Source: a virus (lineage: Duplodnaviria; Heunggongvirae; Uroviricota; Caudoviricetes). Taken from it: DNA of 4,512 nt. The notes under the pieces were generated by a model. It was not told the DNA's origin. It saw only the letters and a program-made list of their open reading frames with translations, and did no database searches. Positions 1 through 4,512 of the stretch are shown one piece after another. Position 1 is the stretch's first letter. Each line of letters starts with the position of its first letter. Where the stretch lies: IMG/VR virus record IMGVR_UViG_2695420658_000008; one strand, given 5' to 3'. Both the position numbers and the translations under genes were made by a program.

Positions 1-44
1 ATTATCTGAACATAAAACACTATCAATAAGTTGGAGTCATTACC
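1..44 (+). mobile_element. IS1 insertion sequence, terminal 44 bp (IRR end); body of the element lies upstream of the window
   Basis: Seen in sequence: 1-44 ATTATCTGAACATAAAACACTATCAATAAGTTGGAGTCATTACC matches, from memory, the right terminus of IS1 ending in the inverted repeat ...CAACTTATTGATAGTGT / GGTAATGACTCC. Composition switches from AT-rich to GC-rich phage-like coding DNA at 44/45. The reverse complement of 4485-4512 is identical to 17-44. Not verified by alignment. Confidence 0.85.
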
Positions 45-638
45 TGCGCCCCCCTGTGGAATGTAGTAATAACGTTCCATAACGCGGGCACGCCATATTT
101 CCAGATTTTCAATATCTTCACCGTCTGTAATGGTGTCAGCGTACCCTGTGGACGGCAGACCACTGACGGGTGTTCCCAGTTGCATGGCAATACCATCATC
201 CGTATTCCCCGCCGATCCCGGTTCGTCTGCCACAACAGGCACCCGGAGAAGACCATCGGCTGCGGTCACCGTCGCCGTCGTGGTAAAGGTCACCTGATTA
301 TCACGCTGGATCTGCGTTCCCGCTGGCAATACCGGCGTCCCCTCTACGCCATCCCAGCGCACAAATCCCCGGGCTGCCACCGCTTCTTTTCGCGGGCAGC
401 GTTTGATTCTGGCGTGCCGGTACAGCCAGTCTTCATCACACACGTCCGGTAACAGATTTCTGGCAAGATAATCGATATACCCGTACAACGTGTGTACGGC
501 TGCAGCCTGTACACGGGCATACACTTCCGCATCCATACGACGAAGCAGCGTATCCTGCTCAAAGCGGGTTAATAAATCGCTCCGGATCATAGAAATAAGT
601 TGCGGGAGGCCGGGGCGATAAAACTGACTGTCAGCCAT
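45..638 (-). pseudogene. Baseplate J-family protein (Mu gp47-like), 5' portion only (198 native codons); 3' end replaced by IS1
   Basis: Own translation of the minus strand from ATG at 636-638: MADSQFYRPGLPQLISMIRSDLLTRFEQDTLLRRMDAEVYARVQAAAVHTLYGYIDYLARNLLPDVCDEDWLYRHARIKRCPRKEAVAARGFVRWDGVEGTPVLPAGTQIQRDNQVTFTTTATVTAADGLLRVPVVADEPGSAGN..., open with no stop down to position 45 and on through the IS1 end to the window edge. The LYGY.DYLAR...A.G.V...G..G..PAGT pattern is typical of phage baseplate J proteins. Start overlaps the upstream gene stop by 8 nt. Missing from the ORF track because no stop codon occurs in the window. Homologues are longer as far as I recall, so truncation is inferred. 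Confidence 0.7.
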
Positions 639-1041
639 TCAGTTCACTCCAGATATCATCAAAAATAATGTTGTGAATATTGCCGTCACGCTGGTAAATG
701 GTAATGGCAAGTGCCAGCGAGTCTGTCCCGGTCCGGACAGCGTTAATATCAAGACGGGAAGCAACACCATCCTCCACCATCCACGCCAGCGCCTCACGGA
801 CATAATCTCTGGCAAGCTGCGGGGTTTTATTTGTCAGCTTGCTGCGTCGCAACAGATACAAACGCGACCCCGTGCGATCATTCTGAACCGCAGGCCAGGT
901 ATCCCCCCACCATCCAAATATCCGTGGTGCATCATCACGCCCGGCACGCCGCCATGTAAAAAGCGAAATAATCACAGCACGCGTCAGAAGGTCGATCGAA
1001 GCCCCGGTCGACACGGGTCGCCCGTTAACATTAATCATCAT
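631..1041 (-). CDS. Small baseplate protein, Mu gp46-like (gp25/gpW-type wedge component), 136 aa
   Basis: Complete ORF MMINVNGRPV...IFDDIWSELNG with TGA stop at 631-633. Size and position (between the gpV-like spike gene and the baseplate-J-like gene) fit the Mu gp46 slot; the assignment rests on synteny and size rather than on a motif I can name. Tandem ATG ATG start at 1036-1041. Confidence 0.6.
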   Translation of the reverse strand: MMINVNGRPVSTGASIDLLTRAVIISLFTWRRAGRDDAPRIFGWWGDTWPAVQNDRTGSRLYLLRRSKLTNKTPQLARDYVREALAWMVEDGVASRLDINAVRTGTDSLALAITIYQRDGNIHNIIFDDIWSELNG

Positions 1042-1046
1042 GATTT

Positions 1047-1580
1047 TCAGCCCATCGGTTGATCCGGCGTGTCAGTGATCCCGCCACCATCACCATTTTC
1101 GGTATGTTTGTGGGCATTGTAGGCCTGCCGCATTTGCTGCATGCTGAGTCCGCCACTGTCGCAATTGTCAGTAATATCGGCGGTGGATTCGACTGGCATT
1201 TCAAAGCGCGCTTTAGGCGCGTTTTTAAAAATTATGGCCTTCCCGGCCCCGTCCACCACAATACCGGAACGGGTCAGGACAACGGACTGTCCCAGATCGT
1301 CATAAAGCGCCACTTCCCCACGTTTCAGTCCTTTCAGCCGGTAACGTCTGTCAGCCACGACCACAACCACACCATGAGAACGATCGCCCGCCGGAAATAA
1401 AGCAACGCCCTCAGCACCGTTCTGTGCGGCAGATGTAAAACCATAAGGTTCAAGGTGCTCAACGTGTTGTTTCTGATCTCCGGCTATCATTTTCAACCCT
1501 ACAGACTGACACTTTCTGGCGGAATCCACCGCCGTGATGACAGCCCGGGAAATCAGATTACGAAGAGAAAACCCGTTCAT
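1047..1580 (-). CDS. Baseplate central spike protein, gpV family (Mu gp45/Q-like), 177 aa
   Basis: Complete ORF MNGFSLRNLISRAVITAVDSARKCQSVGL...GVALFPAGDRSHGVVVVVADRRYRLKGLKRGEVALYDDLGQSVVLTRSGIVVDG. The RAVITAVD and FPAGDRSHGVVV segments resemble the conserved N-terminal OB-fold of phage baseplate assembly protein V. A strong Shine-Dalgarno GAGGAGG sits 7 nt upstream of the ATG. The start overlaps the 3' end of the hub gene by 23 nt. Confidence 0.75.
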   Translation of the reverse strand: MNGFSLRNLISRAVITAVDSARKCQSVGLKMIAGDQKQHVEHLEPYGFTSAAQNGAEGVALFPAGDRSHGVVVVVADRRYRLKGLKRGEVALYDDLGQSVVLTRSGIVVDGAGKAIIFKNAPKARFEMPVESTADITDNCDSGGLSMQQMRQAYNAHKHTENGDGGGITDTPDQPMG

Positions 1581-2640
1581 CAGAAATCCTCCTCAACATT
1601 TTTTTCTTCCTGGCGGTAACAGGCTCGGGGAGATAAGCATCTGCCGGGCCAACCCGTAATTCAGTCGTCGTGCCCCGGTCGTCCTGGTTATAGGTAACTT
1701 CTGCGATCACCAGTTCATCATTATCAAAATTATTCAGCGGGTCGAAAACGATGACAGATAACCCCGGACGCCATAACGCGCCACTGCCCTGCCGCCAGCC
1801 CTGAACCGTATATGTTGTCTCACGGGTAAGCGCAGCCCGTTGGCGCGCTTCAAATTCACAACGGGCCTTACAGGTTGCTGTCGTTGCTGTGCCTGACTGC
1901 TGAATCAACAAAGGGCGATAACGGGTCACGCCACTGTCCTGAATGGTCTGACGTATTGCGGCAATGGTGGCCTCACCAAAATCATCGTCGTTGCCCGGGC
2001 GCTGCCCACTGACCTGATATTCAGAAAACCGCTCTCTGATGCTTCTTTCCGTGTCACAGGAAAGAATATTCTCTCCCAGCACCAGCACCAGCGCCGTCGC
2101 CGCTTTACCTGTTCCGGGTTTTCCCAGAACCAGTCGCCCGCATTCATCGTCATAAGCCAGCGTCTGAACCTGCCCCAGTAACCGGTTAAGACAATCGGCA
2201 ACGGTTTCGCCGTGTTCCGGCTGGGCATCAATCACCGCTGTCTGCGGCACGCCAGCATCAACAACGGTGATGCCAAATGGCGCAGCCAGTTCACTGACTA
2301 TTCTGAGCAGGTTTTTTCCGCTCTGCTGGAGTGGCAAAGCAGAGCAGTCAACCAGATCGGCTGTTTTGCTTCGCCCGACAATTCCCATGCTGACGCTGCT
2401 GGCGTCATAACGAAGCGGTAGTGCCTCCACATATCCGGTGAGCACAGGCTCATCCCCGATAAGCACTTCAACCAGCTCACCATTTTTTATCCGGGGTTGA
2501 TAATCCCGGCTTCCGGGCCAGCGGGTGGTAATGGCAACATTAAAATCCCGGGCAATACGGTTAATGCCCGCACTGATACGGACGGATGTCCAGCCGCCCC
2601 ATTCGCGACCGGAAACCCGAAGTAAAACGGTATCATTCAT
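1558..2640 (-). CDS. Baseplate hub protein, phage late control gene D family (Mu gp44/P-like), 360 aa
   Basis: Complete ORF MNDTVLLRVSGREWGGWTSVRISAGINRIARDFNVAITTRWPGSRDYQPRIKNGELVEVLIGDEPVLTGYVEALPLRYDASSVSMGIVGRSKTADLVDCSA..., with the hallmark gpD / Mu P architecture (GY.E......D...V...GR..T.DLVDCS). ATG at 2638-2640 overlaps the TGA of the upstream gene (ATGA), implying translational coupling. TAA stop at 1558-1560. Confidence 0.85.
   Translation of the reverse strand: MNDTVLLRVSGREWGGWTSVRISAGINRIARDFNVAITTRWPGSRDYQPRIKNGELVEVLIGDEPVLTGYVEALPLRYDASSVSMGIVGRSKTADLVDCSALPLQQSGKNLLRIVSELAAPFGITVVDAGVPQTAVIDAQPEHGETVADCLNRLLGQVQTLAYDDECGRLVLGKPGTGKAATALVLVLGENILSCDTERSIRERFSEYQVSGQRPGNDDDFGEATIAAIRQTIQDSGVTRYRPLLIQQSGTATTATCKARCEFEARQRAALTRETTYTVQGWRQGSGALWRPGLSVIVFDPLNNFDNDELVIAEVTYNQDDRGTTTELRVGPADAYLPEPVTARKKKMLRRISDERVFSS
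1588..1594 (-). promoter_or_regulatory. Ribosome-binding site (GAGGAGG) for the gpV-like spike gene, embedded in the 3' end of the hub gene
   Basis: Minus strand reads GAGGAGG ATTTCTG ATG; plus-strand CCTCCTC at 1588-1594, ATG at 1578-1580. Confidence 0.6.
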
Positions 2641-4056
2641 CTGACGGGTACCCTTAATGCCCTGACCGGAACAAAGCCCGGATGAGAGATGGCATTTCGA
2701 TCCAGGATATCAGTTTCACGGGACGCATCGTCGTACCATGACGCAGCCAGAACAAGCGCAGGCAGAACTTCCGCTGGCGTTCGCTCTGCGGTTTCCTCCG
2801 TCTGAACCAGACGCGCCTGAATATCCCGGTTCAGTTCTGTACGTAATGACGTCAGCTGAAAAAACAGCCTGTCATCCGCCGTACGCCTGAGCTCCTGTTC
2901 AATCGCCGCGTTCAGCGATTTGCGTATGATGGTGAGATTTTCCCGCGTGGGTGGTTGCGCTCTCTCATCCTGTCCTGTGCTGGCTGCCACGCTGTCAAGT
3001 GCCGGATGAGAAACGTGAATAATATCGGACTGACGTTCAGTGGAACCACCAACAGCCACAACCGCCTGCTGATTTTTCACCAGGCTTCCGGGTTGTGGCA
3101 GTGAAGTGACCGCCCTTGTGGCTTCGCTGATTGCCGTCGTCCGGATGACAGCAGCCACAAGGTTTGTCTGCTGTTTTTGCCTGATAACCGATGCGGAATC
3201 TGTGGGCCACACCGCACGCGGTGCCAGTCCTGGGTCCAGCGTAATGCCGGACATTGTCGTTATGGACTGCACCAGATCCTGTGTGTTATCCACCAGCCGG
3301 GTTCCGGCCCGCCAGGTATCCTGCAACGTATGCACAAAATCACTGGCAACCGACGGCGGCATCAGAATGACGGATAAATCGCCCTGCAGTAGTCTCGCTC
3401 CGGCAGAAACAGCCGAATTAACCATTTTGAAAGCTGTCTGAACGGTTCCCAGCATATCGGTCGTCCGGGCAATAACATCGTTCTGAATAAAGTCCGGTAT
3501 TCCCGCGAGATCAAAATCGCCGAACATGTCTTCAATCAACTCATCCAGGAATACGGACGACTCCTCCAGTTTTCTGGCGGTTGCAGCTCCGGCGACCGGA
3601 AATGACAGTTCCCCGCTCTCAACAAACTGAAATGAAACCCGGCACATACGGCCTTCAGTGCCGGAGTGAGAAACGGTCACCTGCCCGTCAATACAGCCCT
3701 GCATTTCACCGAACTGCGGNNNNNNNNNNNNNNNNNNNNNNNNNNNNNNNNNNNNNNNNNNNNNNNNNNNNNNNNNNNNNNNNNNNNNNNNNNNNNNNNN
3801 NNNNNNNNNNNNNNNNNNNNNNNNNNNNNNNNNNNNNNNNNNNNNNNNNNNNNNNNNNNNNNNNNNNNNNNNNNNNNNNNNNNNNNNNNNNNNNNNNNNN
3901 NNNNNNNNNNNNNNNNNNNNNNNNNNNNNNNNCCTCGTCGCTCTCCACCGAAAACGGAACGCCACGAAATGAAGCGTCGTAAAGATTATCGCGCCAATTG
4001 ATACCTGAAGATGCAGAAAAGAGTGAAGAAAGAGAAGGTAAAGAAGGTAAGTCCAT
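2637..4056 (-). CDS. DNA circulation protein (Mu gp43/N-like), interrupted by a scaffold gap; true length unknown
   Basis: N-terminal segment 4056..3933 encodes MDLPSLPSLSSLFSASSGINWRDNLYDASFRGVPFSVESDE, containing the W.D.L..ASFRGVPF signature of DNA circulation N-terminal domains, with GGAG 5 nt upstream of the ATG. Segment 3719..2637 encodes PQFGEMQGCIDGQVTVSHSGTEGRMCRVSFQFVESGEL...RALRVPVR and is continuously open. The two segments sit in different frames relative to the 213-N placeholder, as expected if the gap length is arbitrary. The ORF-track start at 4067 (METVWTYLL...) is an artefact of reading across the gap. Confidence 0.75.
3720..3932. other. Assembly or scaffold gap (213 N) inside the DNA circulation gene
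   Basis: Uninterrupted run of n from 3720 to 3932, flanked on both sides by coding sequence of the same gene. Confidence 0.95.
4025..4051. repeat. About three tandem 9-bp units (GAAGGTAAA-like) encoding the Ser/Leu/Pro-rich N-terminal extension (LPSLPSLSS) of the DNA circulation protein
   Basis: Plus strand gaagaaaga / gaaggtaaa / gaaggtaag at 4025-4051; the last two units differ by one base. Unit length is a multiple of 3, so copy-number change would stay in frame. Confidence 0.5.
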
Positions 4057-4061
4057 ACTGT

Positions 4062-4065
4062 CTCC
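4062..4065 (-). promoter_or_regulatory. Ribosome-binding site (GGAG) for the DNA circulation gene
   Basis: Minus strand reads TGGAGACAGT ATG; GGAG is 5 nt upstream of the ATG at 4054-4056. Confidence 0.5.
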
Positions 4066-4070
4066 ACTAT

Positions 4071-4094
4071 AAAAAAACCGCCAATTTCTGGCGG
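4071..4094 (-). terminator. Rho-independent terminator for the upstream AT-rich ORF (minus strand)
   Basis: Perfect 6-bp stem CCGCCA / TGGCGG (4078-4083 and 4089-4094) with a 5-nt loop, followed on the minus strand by TTTTTTT (complement of 4071-4077). It lies between the stop of the AT-rich ORF (4103-4105) and the start of the DNA circulation gene (4056). The plus-strand side has only a weak T tract. Confidence 0.7.
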
Positions 4095-4102
4095 CTTATA
4101 TA

Positions 4103-4484
4103 TTAATCATCATTAATATCTTTCATATTCAATTTGCAATTTTCGTAGGTCACTCCCGACTCGCCATTAACATTAACTCCAGCTCTGATATTCCCGTTTT
4201 CTTTTACATCTACAAAAAACTGGCCTCTTGGCATCTTGAACGCAAATGTAAAACCAACAGTATCTGAATCAAAATCATCATCTTTATATATTGGGATCAA
4301 AAATGTCATCGTCGCTGGTGATGCATTGTTTGCAAAATCAAATACACCTATACTTTTGCCGAATTCATAAGAAGCTTTTCTCAATATAATCGCACCGCTG
4401 GCAGAAGGGGATGGGCACGATATCCTCAGTTGTCTGAATCCATCTGTATCCAAGTCAACGTCATTATCTGCAGATGTTTTAACG
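4103..4484 (-). CDS. Hypothetical protein, AT-rich ORF fragment of unknown function (127 native codons); 5' end interrupted by IS1
   Basis: Open frame ...VKTSADNDVDLDTDGFRQLRISCPSPSASGAIILRKASYEFGKSIGVFDFANNASPATMTFLIPIYKDDDFDSDTVGFTFAFKMPRGQFFVDVKENGNIRAGVNVNGESGVTYENCKLNMKDINDD with TAA stop at 4103-4105. It has no native start codon near its 5' end and reads straight into the IS1 terminus at 4485; the TTG start at 4498 in the ORF track lies inside IS1. Composition is markedly more AT-rich than the tail genes. I recognise no family. Confidence 0.4.
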
Positions 4485-4512
4485 GGTAATGACTCCAACT
4501 TATTGATAGTGT
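4485..4512 (-). mobile_element. IS1 insertion sequence, terminal 28 bp (IRR end), inverted relative to the copy at 1-44; body of the element lies beyond the window end
   Basis: 4485-4512 GGTAATGACTCCAACTTATTGATAGTGT is the exact reverse complement of 17-44 and matches the IS1 terminal inverted repeat as recalled. Identity stops exactly at 4484/4485 and 44/45, where the unique flanks diverge. Confidence 0.75.

Noticed and set aside
23-562. ORFs 23..256 (-), 180..452 (+) and 344..562 (-)
   Set aside because: Out-of-frame or antisense shadow ORFs within the baseplate-J-like coding region, with Trp/Cys/Arg-rich, non-protein-like translations; the in-frame J-like ORF explains the region.
673-3441. 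Plus-strand ORFs 673..1062, 1059..1400, 2212..2421, 3106..3441, 3177..3377 and minus-strand ORFs 1926..2231, 2298..2483
   Set aside because: Antisense or alternate-frame ORFs typical of GC-rich coding DNA. Each is fully contained in a well-supported structural gene and has an Arg/Trp/Cys/Pro-rich composition.
3581-4056. ORFs 3581..3982 (+), 3666..4001 (+) and 3706..4056 (-) crossing the N-run
   Set aside because: Mostly poly-X across the gap. 3706..4056 does contain the true N-terminus of the DNA circulation gene, but its continuation past the gap is out of frame, so it is not a separate gene.
2637-4067. 476-aa ORF starting METVWTYLLYLLFLHSF at 4067
   Set aside because: Its N-terminus is a low-complexity read of the wrong frame that joins the real C-terminal frame only through the arbitrary-length N-run. 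The genuine start is the ATG at 4056 in another frame.
4485-4498. TTG start (MESLP...) of the 131-aa ORF in the track
   Set aside because: The first five codons lie inside the IS1 terminus; the start is an artefact of the ORF reading out of the native sequence into IS1.
17-4512. Terminal inverted repeat (17-44 and 4485-4512) as crossover sites of a Gin/Hin/Cin-type invertible tail-fibre segment (like the Mu G segment)
   Set aside because: The repeat matches the IS1 terminal sequence, which extends to position 1 on the left. It lacks the 26-bp imperfect-palindrome architecture of gix/hix sites. The enclosed genes are baseplate components rather than alternative tail-fibre C-termini, and no invertase gene is present.
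1-4512. CRISPR arrays, tRNA or rRNA genes, diversity-generating retroelement repeats
   Set aside because: No regularly spaced direct repeats, no cloverleaf-like or rRNA-like segments, and no template/variable repeat pair were seen; the only repeats are the IS1 termini and the short 9-bp tandem units.

Overview
This window is a GC-rich, minus-strand block of Mu-type contractile-tail baseplate genes bracketed by two partial IS1 ends in inverted orientation (1-44 and 4485-4512). Reading high to low coordinate, the block holds a DNA-circulation-protein gene (gp43/N-like) split by a 213-nt run of N, then baseplate hub (gp44/P-like, gpD family), central spike (gp45/Q-like, gpV family), a small gp46-like baseplate protein, and the 5' part of a baseplate-J/gp47-like gene that is cut off by the left IS1. 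That last ORF is absent from the supplied ORF track because it has no in-window stop. Between the tail block and the right IS1 lies an AT-rich ORF fragment of unknown function (4103-4484) with its own rho-independent terminator; it is not what a Mu-type tail operon carries upstream of the DNA circulation gene. No tape measure, sheath, tube or tail-fibre genes, and no rRNA, tRNA or CRISPR, are present. My reading is an IS1-bounded prophage tail-module remnant, plausibly from an IS1-rich enterobacterial draft assembly. All family assignments rest on motifs recognised by eye and on recall of the IS1 terminal sequence; no searches could be run. I do not see a clearly novel system here; the orphan AT-rich ORF is the only candidate for something undescribed.
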